Shown here: positions 21,151 to 38,537 of the stretch, piece after piece
How the letters are laid out: each line of letters starts with the position of its first letter
Numbering within the stretch: position 1 is the stretch's first letter
Assembly (NCBI RefSeq): GCF_009914755.1
Contig: NC_060925.1
Strand: one strand, 5' to 3'
DNA length: 64,000 nucleotides
Source of the DNA: the human T2T-CHM13v2.0 reference genome, Homo sapiens
The notes under the pieces: model-generated
Database searches by the model: none
What the model was told of the DNA's origin: nothing
The model's input: only the letters and a program-made list of their open reading frames with translations
Made by a program: the position numbers and the translations under genes

Positions 21151-21882
21151 GCCCACATATATTTTTAAATAAAAGGAAACATACTCTACATGTGCTTTCA
21201 ATGAAAATGCTTATCTATATCATTTTTAATAACTGAATTATATTCTATTAAGTGTAGCACAATTTCATCAATCCTCAATTTTTTGTTCATTCAACAAATA
21301 CTTAGTGAGCACCTACTATATTACAGGGGTTACCTTGAGACTGGAATATAGTGGTGAGCAAAACAAATATTGTTTGATATTGTTTGCAGTTTTTCACTCT
21401 TATAAACAGTACTGTAATAAACATCATTTTACATACATCTTTAAACACTTATTCAATTGTTGACTTGGAATAATAATAATTGAATATATACTATGTGCCA
21501 GGCAGTTGGTTGACTTCATTACATATATTATCTCATTTAATCTTCATGATCCAAGAAGTGAGATCATTATGATCTCAATTTTCAAACGAAGAAATAGGAA
21601 CATAGAGAAATTAAGTAATTTGCTTTAAGTCATATAGCAGGGAAATACAGAGCTGGAACTCAAGCTCAGATTTGTGTGATGCTGGATTCCATGCACTGCT
21701 GGCAATGTTGGTTAGGCATCAGAGGGTGTAAGCGTTTTTAAGATGCAAAATTACTAAACTGCCGGCCAGAAAAATTTTATTATACCTGTATAGTATATAC
21801 ACATAATAGTGTGTTTATATCTTCACATCATGCCCGTGCCAACCCTGAGGTTAGCTGCTGCTGATTCTTAAAAATAAAATTT

Positions 21883-22525
<643 letters not shown>

Positions 22526-23347
22526 TTATCAATGTGTATGGAGAAGGTCAGTTAAAAAGCAGTTTACTTCAACCCAGATGCAGAGAAAGAAGGAAGAAAC
22601 AGATTAATAGTGTGAAGCTTAAAGAAGAGACCAATGAATAAATGAGAAAGAAATGGAGGCAAGAGTCAGCAAGGTAGATGTTATCTAGTTTCAAAGCAGC
22701 CTTCCAGTTCCAGATTCCAGGGTTTTATGAAGCAATGATCTTCTTACATTAAGTCAGTGACAGACACCCCTGCCCTGTCAATGCCATATAATAATCATTT
22801 TTCTTTTGTGTAAGCTACTTTGAATGGGTTTGTTTCCTGCAGCCAGAATGTTGAGTTATGGGAAAAAGTTATTCTCTCTCACAAGTTTGTAGGATATGCC
22901 TTTTTGTGTCATGTGGAAGATCCAATACAGATTTGCATATTTGTTTCAGGACTTGTGTAAAACTAAAAAGTTAAAAATGTAAGGAAAAACTCAAACATGC
23001 TTAACTCTGTATAGTGAGACAGAAGTGACCTGTTTACCTCATTATTTCCAGTATTATCTATATTTCTGTTTTCATGATCAAAAAATATTAAAATGTTCTA
23101 CCAATTTTAAAGAGCCATCAATTTGATGCCACTGGAATTATTTAAATAATAAAGTGTCCAGTTGATTATATTCAACACAGCCCTGAGTTCCATTCCTCTG
23201 ACAAAACCATACAGTATTACCTTCCCCAAATAAATGATGCATCCTTCAGCACATATGTTCTTTCACTAGGATTATCATTAGAGCTTCTGAGCCTAAGTGG
23301 AACCTGTTACTTATAAATCACCTTTTAGTACCCTTTGGTCTTGTTCG

Positions 23348-23600
23348 AAGCAGTGTAACATACCAATTAAGAGTATGGGTTTCAGTGCCAGACTACCTTG
23401 TTTAAATTCCAGTTTTGCCACATATTCACTTGTATGATCTGAGACAAATCATTTAGCCTCTTTCTGCCTCAGCTTTTTCAGCTGTAAAATGGAGGTATTA
23501 ATAGCTCCTTCATACCATTGTTGTGATGATTAGATGATTAATATTTGTAAAATGCTTAGAGGTGATCTGGCAGAGGGTAAGCACTCAATGGATGTTACCT
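23348..23600 (+). mobile_element. MIR
   Basis: MIR core tgcctcag.ttt..ca.ctgtaaaatgg.g.ta.taatag. Confidence 0.75.
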
Positions 23601-23869
23601 GCTGTTGCTGTTATTACTGTTACATTTTGGGGAGATAAAGTAAAACAGACTTTGGGTATTCATTATCACCACCTCTGTCATCACCCTTACTTCCAAATAA
23701 GTTGTCTTAAAACCCTTTACCATAATTCAAAGGCAGAATTATATTATTATTCCAAGTGGAAATATACTGAGGCAGTGATAAAATGTACTATGAAGATAGT
23801 CCGATGTCAGATGACTTTGCAGTCTGTGAGAAGAAAAATCTTTAGTAGTTCCATTTCCATTTGTGTTCA

Positions 23870-24308
<439 letters not shown>

Positions 24309-24391
24309 TCACCATGCTGCCCCTGTAGTTGTGGTTGTTCTGACACATTGATGTGGGCTTGAATGTTCCCATACATCTACACCTCTTTTTA

Positions 24392-24448
24392 TTCTCAGAT
24401 GATAACTACCTTTCAGATATGTTCTCAGATGATAACCACCTTTCAGAT
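24392..24448. repeat. 30-bp-period tandem duplication
   Basis: ttctcagatgataac(t/c)acctttcagat twice. Confidence 0.9.
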
Positions 24449-25019
24449 CTCTGAGTTCTGTCCTTGAGGAGTCCATTTTTAACCCTGTGGACGATGAGGG
24501 TAATTTTTTCCTTTCTCTTCGCATGACATTCCAGTGAATGACACAAACAGTGCTAGATCCATGCAGAATCTCATTGTTTGCTTTTCTTGCTGTTTCTTCT
24601 CAATAAGAGAGGAAATAGTGCCAAGGGCTCCTGTTTGCTTCTTTGTTTTGTTTTGTTTTGTTTCATTTCATAAATCAGGTGGCCAGTACTAAGGAGGGAA
24701 TTCCGAAGGAATAGCTACATTTTTTAATAGGCAATTATATCATTTGTAAGAAAGTGTCATAGGGTAAAATAACCCCAGTGGAATTAGTTAGAATCAAGGA
24801 AATATCTTATACTTTAATTCAGTGTATTCCAAGACTTATTATATAGAAAATTTATTTGAGGAGATATTGATAGGTATTCCATTTTTAAAAGGGTTCTATA
24901 GCCAACTAAGTTTGGAAAACACTCTATCCTTCTCTTGAAAAGTCAAAACTCATATTAGCATATTAAAGATTCTGAGAAAATCTAGGGTAAAGAAACCCAC
25001 TTCACTTTTGTGTTTTTTA

Positions 25020-25500
25020 ATTGTATTTTAATATAATATTTGATAAAATATAGGTAGCATGTAAGTTAGAAAGCATAATATAATAAATACGCTTGAGCCT
25101 TTCACCTAACCCAAGGACTAGAAAATTGCCAGTAACATAGATGTATCCATGTGTTCCTCTCCAATTACATCCCTTATCTCCCTACAGCAGGTAAGTGCTA
25201 ACCTAGATTTTGTATTTAATTCCCTTGCTTTGGTGGAAGAAGATTGTGTTTTTAGCACTTACCTATGTATTTCTAAATAACACATTGTTTAGTTTTGCTT
25301 GTTTTTGAGCTTTATAAAAATAGTATCATACTGTTTTCATTAAACTTTGCTTCTAAGATTCATCTGTATTGTTGCAGGTAACCTCAATCATTTTTCAGTG
25401 CTGTGTAACATTCCATTATGTGAACATACCACAGTTTACTTTTCCATTCACCTGTCCATAGACGTGAGGTTTTTTGTTATATTTTTTATTATTACTATTG
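25020..25500 (-). mobile_element. Old L1 (L1ME-like) 3' end
   Basis: gcttg.ttttgagctttataaaaat.gtatcatactg and ttccatt.tgtga.cataccacagttta motifs. Confidence 0.7.
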
Positions 25501-25890
25501 CTCCTCTCAAGGAGAAACAAGAAGAAAATGTGAGCTAAGAATATTGACAGAATATTATGATTATATTGTTTGGGAGCATTAAGGAGTATATTTATTGAGT
25601 GGCTGCCTTTACTATTCAAGGCAGGAACTAAAACACAAACATAAATAAAACATCCCTGTCTTCAATGATCTTATGGTCCAGTGGAGGAGTCAAACAAATT
25701 CTGTATTTTTCATATTAGGATATGATTAGTCTCAAAGACTAATGGCACAAAATAAACATGACACATCTTTTGAAGTGCCCAGTTTCTTATAATCAGGGGG
25801 ATGTGCAGGGGTAGAATTAAATAATTTAACTGATAAGTACCTTAAAATATGTTTGTGTCAAAATTTAAAAGGTCCTTTTATGAAAAATAA

Positions 25891-26238
<348 letters not shown>

Positions 26239-26324
26239 TAAAACAAAATACTGAAAGTCAAAGAAAGATGTAAGCTGATATACCAATCTGGACTACACCC
26301 TTAGGACTCATAATTCATTTGCTT

Positions 26325-27261
<937 letters not shown>

Positions 27262-27561
27262 TTAAACAAAATGTATCCTAAATATAAATAATTAATTCTG
27301 ACAGAGTAACTAGGAAATGCCTCACAGAGGAGCTGGTTTTTGAACTAGACCATAAAGGATAAGTAGGATTTCCATAGGAAGAAAGAGCAGTCAAGGCTGA
27401 GGAAAAGCATGATTAAGGACAGGAGCAAGATTTAAAAAAAAAAAAAAAAAAAGGTGTACCACATTTGAGAAATAATGAGAAGTTCTTCATAAGTAAAGTC
27501 TATCTCCAGTGAGGGGCAGGATGATCTCTGTGTGTGAGATGCCTGGTATTTCCAGATGTAG

Positions 27562-27863
<302 letters not shown>

Positions 27864-28295
27864 CAGATGTAGATGTTGAATGCCAACCTATTCCCTTGCT
27901 CCTGATAAAACTGCTGTTGGATATTTAGAAAAAGTTTAGCACACTAGGTGACATTTAAGCTGGGGTCTTCTTTTAAAAATCTGTATCTGAATCATGTTCA
28001 TTTGGCAAACAATTCATCCACTTTATACTAAGGATGAAGAAAGTAATACTCAAGATGTGCACTAACTAGTAAGACAAACCATTAGAAGAGAATTAGGAGG
28101 AAGAAAACCCGCTCACTGCCTTCTGTCCTGTCATAGGGGATGAATGCTCCTAGCTGGGGCTAGCTCTTCCACTTGGGCACCAGAGCCCATCTACCTCACC
28201 TACACCGGGATATCTCTCCAAACTCCCCTTTCTTTCCCAAATCATTTTTTCCCACCTGTTGTATTATTCATAGAAGCATAGAAATATCCTGCTAT

Positions 28296-28716
<421 letters not shown>

Positions 28717-29169
28717 TTACACTCACTGTCTCTAATTCCTTCCCTCACATATTCTCTTAAATCCACATATTCTCCTCAACTACTGCATTCAGGCCTTCAC
28801 TCCCATCACTCTAAAATCGCTGTTGTCAGGGTCCCTAGGGACCTCCACATAGCTAAACATAGAGTCAACTTTCAGTCCTCATTTTGCTTGACCTATCAGC
28901 AGCATCTGACGCAGTTCCCTTACTTATTTTTTTAAAAAAAATAGAGATGAGGTATTGCTATGTTGCGCAGGCTGGTCATTGTTATCACTTAGCTTCCAGG
29001 AACTATACTGTCTTGGTCGTCCTACCTCACTGGCCATTCCTTCTCTGTCTCATTTGCTGTTTCTCCTATTTTTGGAATCCCTGGGACTTGGCCACCTCAT
29101 TCAGTCTCACGGCTTTAAGTTGTATGTCTCGACTACTAACTCCCAGATTTATATTTCTAGTCCTGAGTT

Positions 29170-29370
29170 TCATTATTGCTATTTGGAGGCAGATAATCTG
29201 TTGTTGTGGAGGACTGTCCTTTGCATTATAGATGTTCAGCAACATTCCTGGCCTATACCCATGAGAAACCAGCAGCACTCCACCAGTTATGACGAGGAAA
29301 AACATCTCCAGACTCTGCCAAATGTCCCCTGAGACTAAAATCACACTCCTCACCCCATTGAGAACCAGTG
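29170..29370. mobile_element. MER20 DNA transposon
   Basis: catctccagac.ctgccaaatgtcccct...ttgagaacca.tg motif. Confidence 0.8.
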
Positions 29371-30218
29371 TTTCTTGTCCGAACTTCTCCCCCAAACTCT
29401 GGACTTGTATATCCACTGTCTTTTTGACATCTCTACTTGAATGTCTAATAAATATTCATACTTAACGTGATCAAAACCAAACTTCTGATCTTTGTTGCTC
29501 AATATAATCCTCCCTCCGACTTCCCACCTCAGTGGCACATCCATTCCTTTAGTTGCTTAGGCAAAAAAAAACTTGGCATTTTCTTGAATCTCCTCTTTAT
29601 CTCACACCTACATCCTGACTTATCAATAAGTCCTGAGAGCTTTACCTTCAAAATACACCCAGAATCTAATGCCCTTTCACCACTACTGCTCTGGTCCATG
29701 CCACCGTCACTTCCCACTGGGATTACTGCAGCTGCTTTACTCTTGTCCCCCAACACCCCCTTCTCAATATAGTAGTAGGGTGATCTTGTGAAAATGTGTC
29801 ATTCAGGGTATGTCACATCTTTTTGCAGAACCCTCCAGATGTCTCTCATCTTACCCAAAGTAAAAACCAAAATTCTTACAATGACATGCCAGGCCTTATA
29901 TGGTCTCTCCTTATAGCCCGCTCTACCCATTCCTTACCTCTCCAATCTCACCTCTTACTATCCAACACCTTATTCACTTCACTCTAGCCACACTAACCTT
30001 CTTTCTGTTCCTTAAACATACAGAGCCTTGATCCCTTTGCACTTGCTCTTTCCCAGATACATGCTCTGTTGCCTCATTCAGGTCTTGACTCAAATGTCAC
30101 TTTCTCAGGGAGGCCTTCCTTGGGTACTAGTTTTTGTTTTTGTTTTGGGGGGATGTTTTTTATGGTAGCATTTTATTCCTCTTCAAGAAAAGCTATTACC
30201 TAACATTGATGAACTCTC

Positions 30219-30524
30219 TTTTTTTGGGACAGAGTCTCACTCTGTCACCCATGCTGGGGTGCAATGGGATGATCATAGCTCACTGCAGTCTCTAAATCCT
30301 GGGCTCATGCTCAAGTGATCTTTCCACCTCAGCTTCCTGAGGAGCTGGGACTACAGGTGTGCACCACAATGCTTGGCTAATTTTTAAAATTTTTTGTAGA
30401 GGGTCTTGCTATGTTGTCCAGGCTGGTCTTGAACTCCTGGACTCAAGCAATAGGATTAAAAATATCCTCCTGTTTTGGCCTACCAGAGTTCTGGGATTAT
30501 AGGCGTGAGCCACCATGGGCAGCC
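30219..30524 (-). mobile_element. AluJ-like
   Basis: Antisense dimer with J diagnostics (gatcatagctcactgcag). Confidence 0.88.
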
Positions 30525-30533
30525 AGTCACTAG

Positions 30534-30891
<358 letters not shown>

Positions 30892-31045
30892 CTACCATCT
30901 CCAATACTCCTTTTTTAAACCTGCTTTATCTTTTCCCATAGTATTTCTTCATCTAACATATTACAAAGAGGTAGTATAGCATTATAGTTAAGAAGACAAA
31001 CTGAAGCCAGATTGCCTGGGATTATATCCCAATTCCATCACTTCT

Positions 31046-31046
<1 letters not shown>

Positions 31047-31098
<52 letters not shown>
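31047..31098. repeat. (GT)26 microsatellite
   Basis: Uninterrupted GT run. Confidence 0.97.
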
Positions 31099-31100
<2 letters not shown>

Positions 31101-33327
31101 TTAAAGTGGAATGGTTTCTGTCCATTAGAGCAGTACTTTGCATATAGTAATATGTGTACACCATTATTATTGTATTATTATTATTAACTACTAATTAATT
31201 TTATTTTCCTTCTCTCCCATTGGAATATAAATTCCATGAGAGCAGAGGGGTTTTTTTTTACTTTCTTCATTGCTGTATTCACAGCTTCTAGAACAGTGCC
31301 TAGCACATAGTAGACACTCAGTAAATATTTGTTGATCAAATTATGTTATTTCTGGAGTGATGAGGATAAGGAGGGTCAAGGAAGACAAGGTATATGTTTA
31401 GAACTTTTACAAAGAGAATGTACTCATGTATCCTTGTGCCCCTAAAAGCTTCATAAGCTTGCATGGAAAATGGACATACAGACAAATAAATTACAACACA
31501 GTATATTTACAAGATATGGAAGAATGAGTACGTAACTCTAAGGGGAAAGCAATGCAGTTGAGGAAAGCTTCCTAGAGGAGTAATAATGTGAGAGTTGGGT
31601 TTTTAAAGATGCATAGTTCCACCAAACAAAGTGTGAGATGGATGGGACAGCCTTTGAATAGCAGGTGCAAAAGCAAAGAAGTATGAAACATAGCAGTGGC
31701 TCTGAAAACTGCAAGCCGTGGAAGTTGAGAGGTGAGGAGCATTTTCAGTGTTTTAAGCTATTAATAATTTCATCTTATCCTTCTGCCTTACCCACTCCCA
31801 TACTCCTAACTTCTCCAAGTAAGTGTTTGGCTGTAATTAGGAGCTTATTACTCCATTAAGACAAATATCTTGGGGTTTTTCTCATTATTTTCCTGAAAGT
31901 CTTTTTCTATTTTTCTGCTCCCCACAAGTTCTATTTTTTTAATTATTATAACACTATTCAGGTTCTAGATTCCCCTTGGTGACTTTGGTATAAGAAATTC
32001 ACATGTAATTTTTACCTGTGGAGTATAGTGAAAAAGGAGGAAGACATATCCTTAAATTATATACACATACACACACATAGTTTTTGTTACAGTATGATAG
32101 CTTTGTTTAGGAATAGAAACACAGTTGTTCAGCTGAATTATTTTAGTAATTAATATTTTTAATCCTATAAACATTGGTCTCTAGTCCCTTACCAGTGATG
32201 TAAGTGGAGAAGCTTGCTTTTCAGTGTGTGACTCAAGACTTCTCAAGGTTGACTTTTTAAAATCAGGGTTGGGGTTCTGCTTTTTTCCACCCACCTTCCT
32301 TCTATACATGGAGTCAGGAAAACACCCTTGATGACAGCACAAACTAAAAAAAGCAGTAGCATTAATCCACTCTGTTAGTTTCTGGCACTGCCTCTGTTTA
32401 TACTCATATTGGATTGTGATTGTGTATCTGTCTCTGAGAGTCCCTTAAGGTAGGAATCATAACTAAGGTGTACATTTGTACACCTAGTTCAACACCTAGT
32501 TCATAATGGATGCTCATTAAACATTTGTTGAATTGGATTGAATTGAACTGAATTGAACTGGACTATGGCACCAACGGAGAAGGGGATTTTTGAGTTTGCT
32601 TTTAAGTGAGATTGATTTAAAATGAATTTAGAAAGAAAAATTATTCTTTTTGTTTTGTTTTTAAACATAGTCTAAATTTGGGGTACAGCTAGCAATATGT
32701 TCATTCGCCATAATTTTTTAAGCATTCTGAGCAATGACTCATTAGAGTCCCCAAATAGTTTTTTTTTAAGTCATAGTGGCCCTAGGAAACAAAATTAGGC
32801 TGGTAAATATAAATAGTAAGTGTGTTCTCATTATAGTCAGGAATGTGGGGTCTTGTTGATATACAGAGGAGGATCTTTATTTCTTCCCTTTGTAGCAGAG
32901 TTGGAAATGAACCAAAGATCCCCTGATAAAATTCCTATAGGGCTTCCCAGCACATTTATTTCATTCTTTCTAGAAGTCATCAAGACTTATTGTGTTATTG
33001 TTCAAAAAAAAATCAGTGCTACCTCATTTCCTAACACTTGTTTTCTGACCTCCAATTGTGTCTAGTCCAACTGGCCAAAAAGCCAGGCCAAAGATGTCTG
33101 TATTTCCATAGAGGAACAAATGAACTTAGCTTCTACTCCTTTCCCTCTACTTTGCAATTTTTTCTTTTGCAAAGGAGTTTGGAATTTAAATTCTCCAAGC
33201 CCAGAATCTTTCAATGCAAGATGGTAATAAAACTGCAAAACAATGGTAATAACTGGTCATTCCTCCAGTCCTCTGTCTTTTAAATATCTGTCTGCTCTGA
33301 GAGAGAGTCCTGAGCATCCAAATAACT

Positions 33328-33619
33328 TGTTGTTGTTGCTGTTGTTGTTGTTGAGACAGGGTTTCACTCCTGTCGCCCAGGTTGGAGTGCAATGGCACAA
33401 TCTTGGCTCACTGCAACCTCTGCCTCCAGGCTCAAGCAATTCTTCTGCCTTAGCCTCCCAAGTAGCTGGGACTACAGGCACCTGTCTAATTTTTGTATTT
33501 TTTATAGAGATGGGGTTTCACTATGTTCCCCTGCCTGGTTTCGAACTCCTGGGCTCAAGCGATCCACCCGCCTCAGCCTCCCAAAGTGCTGGGATTACAG
33601 CGTAAGCCACTGCACCCGT
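33328..33619 (-). mobile_element. Alu
   Basis: TSD catccaaataactt. Confidence 0.92.
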
Positions 33620-33887
33620 CCATCCAAATAACTTTTATATTATAAAGAAGGCTGTCTTGCCAATGGGTAGCTATTTTATTCATTTACTCAGCATAACTTT
33701 ATTGGATACCTCTGTGTTAAGCCCTGGAGATCTAAGGTGAGTAAGACTTCCCCCTACCTCCCAAGAAGCTCACAGTCTGTCTTGGCAACAATTATACAGT
33801 GCTAAGATAGGAGTGGGATAAAGTAATAACAGTAATTAGTTCAGCATGGAGGGGTCTGGAAGGGCTTTACAGAAAAAGTGACTTTTA

Positions 33888-33934
33888 TGTTTATGTATTT
33901 ATGTATGTATGTATGAATGAGACCATGCCTGGCC
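33888..33934 (-). mobile_element. Collapsed Alu remnant (two ends plus tail only)
   Basis: Minus strand ggccaggcatgg+tctca+(TACA)n tail between duplicated agaaaagtgactttta. Confidence 0.75.
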
Positions 33935-33977
33935 AGAAAAGTGACTTTTAATCCTTAGTCTTGAAGAATAAGGTTCT

Positions 33978-34322
<345 letters not shown>

Positions 34323-34774
34323 CTACTTGAGGTAGGAAAGCTCATGACGTGTTTAGGAACAGTGAGTAGTTGGGCATGGATGGCATAGAGGCTGCACTCT
34401 GAGAGATGGAACAGACAAGTGGGAAGCAGTATTGCAAGATGCTGAAAGGCACAGAATCTAGAGCCTGGGTCTGAATCCCAGCTGAGCCACTTACTAGCTG
34501 TTGTGACCTTGGCAAGTCACTTAACCTCCCCTCTATAGCTTTGTTTCTTCGTTTTTTAAAATGAGGATAATAGTAGCATCTGTTTGACAGGGCCGCATGC
34601 ATATATGCATATATACACACACATGGCTTTAAACGGTGCTCAGAACAAAATGAATATAAGTATTCTTTATTAGGGCACATTATGAAAGGCCTTGAACTGT
34701 ACATTTTCCATAAGTAAAAGAAAGGTTTTAAAGCAGAAGAAGGGAGAGTATACAACAGGATATAATCTGTATTT

Positions 34775-34920
34775 TGTTTTATTTTTTAATTTTTTTTTTT
34801 ATTAGAGACAGGGTCTTGCTCTGTTGCCCAGGTTGGTCTCAAACTCCTGGGCTCGAGCAATCCACCCGCCTCAGCCTTCTAAAGTGCTAGCATTACAGGC
34901 CTGAGCCACCGCGCCTGCCT
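34775..34920 (-). mobile_element. Alu monomer (FLAM-like)
   Basis: Single left arm; TSD taatctg.atttt. Confidence 0.85.
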
Positions 34921-35232
34921 GTAATCTGCATTTTAGAAAAGTAACTCTGGTGCCACTCTGGAGAGTAGATTGGATAAGAAAGAAACTATAGACAACATAC
35001 AAGCTCTGAGACAGTTTCAAGAGTACAGATAACAGGTGCTGATGTAACATGGTACTGAGTTAATATAGTGGCCTTGCCCTTAAAAATTCTGGGATCCTAA
35101 ATAGAAACTTCAAACTTGAAATGTTAGTCTTAATAGATCTTACAAATTTAATTCTAAAAAAAAAAATGAAGACCCTGGGGAAGAGCACAGAAGGACTGTC
35201 CTTGCAGTATGGATGTTGTAGTGCTCAACTGA

Positions 35233-35469
<237 letters not shown>

Positions 35470-36000
35470 AACGGTGGTTGGGGGAAGGGCACAGCTTCCT
35501 CTCTTGTCCCCACTACAGGTTTTCCCTACTAAACAAAGGTGTTGGAGAGCAGCTTTGGGTTCTGTGCTGGTTGTTAGAACTCATCTCCAGGTAGCCCACG
35601 GATACGTGGTTGGCACAGACACAAGACTCCCAGAGTTGTCCTAACAATAAGTCTGAGCCCATCTCAACCCACTTTTCTCCGGTAGTCTTTATGTATCTGT
35701 TAGCACAATCACTTCAGTTACTGATGAATTTTGTTGGGATCTGACTTGGGGAAAGGGTTATCAGAGCCTAGAGGGGCTTAAAAAGTAATCATTTGATGTA
35801 CATACCACACTCCTTGGCTTCCTTTCTCTTCCCTTAACCCTTTCTGCTTTTCATTAACCACATTCCTGCACAACTCATTTCTGAAAACCTACCATGTTTC
35901 TTTACAGAGCCATCCAAAAATTTTTTGTCCCTACATAGCAATTTTCTGTGGCACTGAGAAACCATGTATGACCACAATAAAAATCCATTTTGTGAAAGGA
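35470..36000 (+). other. VPS45: VPS45 3' UTR
   Basis: Repeat-free sequence from the stop codon to just past AATAAA; end approximate. Confidence 0.8.
35976..35981 (+). terminator. VPS45 polyadenylation signal AATAAA
   Basis: AATAAA with upstream TGTA (35965-35968) and downstream T/GT-rich tract. Confidence 0.85.
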
Positions 36001-36260
36001 TATGAGTGATTTAGTTTTATTTCTTTGAGGCTAATTTATGGGAATTTATGAGGTGGGACATGAGCTGGTTTCACACCAAACATAATGAAGGCATTACTTC
36101 TACCTGAAGGATATTTAAAGTATGTCAAGGCAAATAATAAATTCTAGTGTCAATTTCACCTCTCTTGAAAACAGGAGAAAGTGACAGTATCATTATTGCC
36201 AGGAAATTAAGGCATCCTCAAATCATCATAGCAAAAATACCAAAGCACAATCCCTCCCTG

Positions 36261-36264
<4 letters not shown>

Positions 36265-36296
<32 letters not shown>
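36265..36296. repeat. (GT)16 microsatellite
   Basis: GT run ~270 bp after the VPS45 poly(A) site. Confidence 0.95.
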
Positions 36297-36299
<3 letters not shown>

Positions 36300-36717
36300 C
36301 TTGTATGTTGACAAATATTCTCTAGCATCAGACAGTAAGGGTCAAACCTATGTCATATTTATATGGCTTTGGGAATATTATTTAGCCTCTTTGTGGCTCA
36401 GCTTTCTCATCTATAAAATAGAACCTTCCTCATAGGATTAGAAGAATTAAATGAGATGAGATGATACATGAAAAGTGCTTAAAACACTGGTATACGGTAA
36501 TCATTTAATAAAATTTGGCTAATAGTAAATAAGATTAATTTCTGTCTCTAAGTTGGGGTTACAGAGTCACATGTAAAATGATTGGACTAATCATTTTAAT
36601 CATTGCACATCTAATCATTGCACTAATAAGCAGTTCAAAAAATAGAGGGAAAAGCTGAAAGGTCATTCTGTCCCTCTCTTTTTTCCACTCGTCCCAGCTC
36701 TCAGCTGTTGTTTCTTT

Positions 36718-36857
36718 TTTTTTATTATTTTTTATTTTTAGTAGAGATGGGGTTTCACCATCTTGGCCAGGATGGTCTTGAACTCCTGACCTCGTGATCC
36801 ACCCGCCTCTGCTTCCCAAAGTGTTGGGATTACAGGCGTGAGCCACTGCACTCGGCC
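36718..36857 (-). mobile_element. Alu left arm only with TSD
   Basis: 17-bp TSD tcagctgttgtttcttt. Confidence 0.88.
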
Positions 36858-38136
36858 TCAGCTGTTGTTTCTTTACACGCACTCATGAAGTAAAATCCAA
36901 GTTCTTTTTTTTTTTTTTTTTTGCTTTTGTGGGTCCCTTTGGGTAATTTTTTCTTCTTCATTTTTTATAAGTATTTAAGACAGCCTGCACTTGGGGATGG
37001 AGTATTTTAAATGCAGCATTTTACAAGTTATATAGCCTTTTAAAATATGAAAAACTCCCTCCTCCAAGCAGGAATATCTGTGCTTCTCTTCCTATCAGCA
37101 AGATAACGCTGTGGAATAAAAAAAGCAAAAACAGAGACCTTCCTTATGTCATTTTCCTCATTATTCATCTGCTTCCATTGTGCCTACTCAACTGACAATA
37201 TCAAGAAGTCTAAGAAATGAGCCCTACCATCAGGGTGTTTGATGTCAGAAGTTGGCATTTCTTTATTAAGAATCAAAGACACGTATTTTTGTGTAAGATT
37301 TACAGAGCTGATTCCATTTGTACTGGCCCTTTATTTTTGTGCCCTTTAAAAACATCACTTTAATTAAGGTCTTGTATGCTTTTAATAATCCTCTCCCCCA
37401 TAGGTGGAAATGCCCTGGTCAAAACCTCTGTGTTCCATTTACTCCACAAAAGCCAAGGATATTTGTTTTTAGACAACTGTGTTTGAATAACAGTTTCTGT
37501 CCAGTAAACTTGCAAGCAGCAGTTGACAAGTTTTTATCTCTAATAGTTCCCTTCTTTCTCCCTTTAGTGAAGTTATAAAATATTCCGTTATAGAATACAG
37601 CTACTAGCAGTCGCGTCTTATCCTCAGATGTTGTTAGGGAGGTACCCCCATCATGAGGTCCTCTCAGTGTCTTATCTTCACCACAGACAGAAACTGGCTG
37701 AGAGTGATTTCTGTGGTTTATGTGCGTGTAGTGTCAAGCTCACTGAGGAGCGCTGAGGAGACAGCGCTATAAAAATGTGTATAGGAACACATACGTTCTC
37801 AGATTTCTCACTTTAGCATTGGTCTTTGGAAAACAGTCCCACCTACATCCCAATTCAGGTGCCATGAGGTTCACCTGGTGAGACAAACCAGCTTCAAGAA
37901 TAGGCCAGGGGAAGTGGAAAGGGGTGAGTGACAGGACAAAGGGAGAACAGGTGAACGAAAGTAGGGGCAGGATCACAGGATGGAGCAGGGCAGAGAGAAA
38001 GAGAGGACACCAGAGATTTATGTAACATCTTAAGAGAGCAGACAGGCAGGGAAGGTTCTGCAGCCCACATGCATCTGCTGTGGAATCTGAAAATTACTTT
38101 AGACGGTTTTTCTTTTTCATTAGCCCCTCTGCCTAA

Positions 38137-38537
<401 letters not shown>

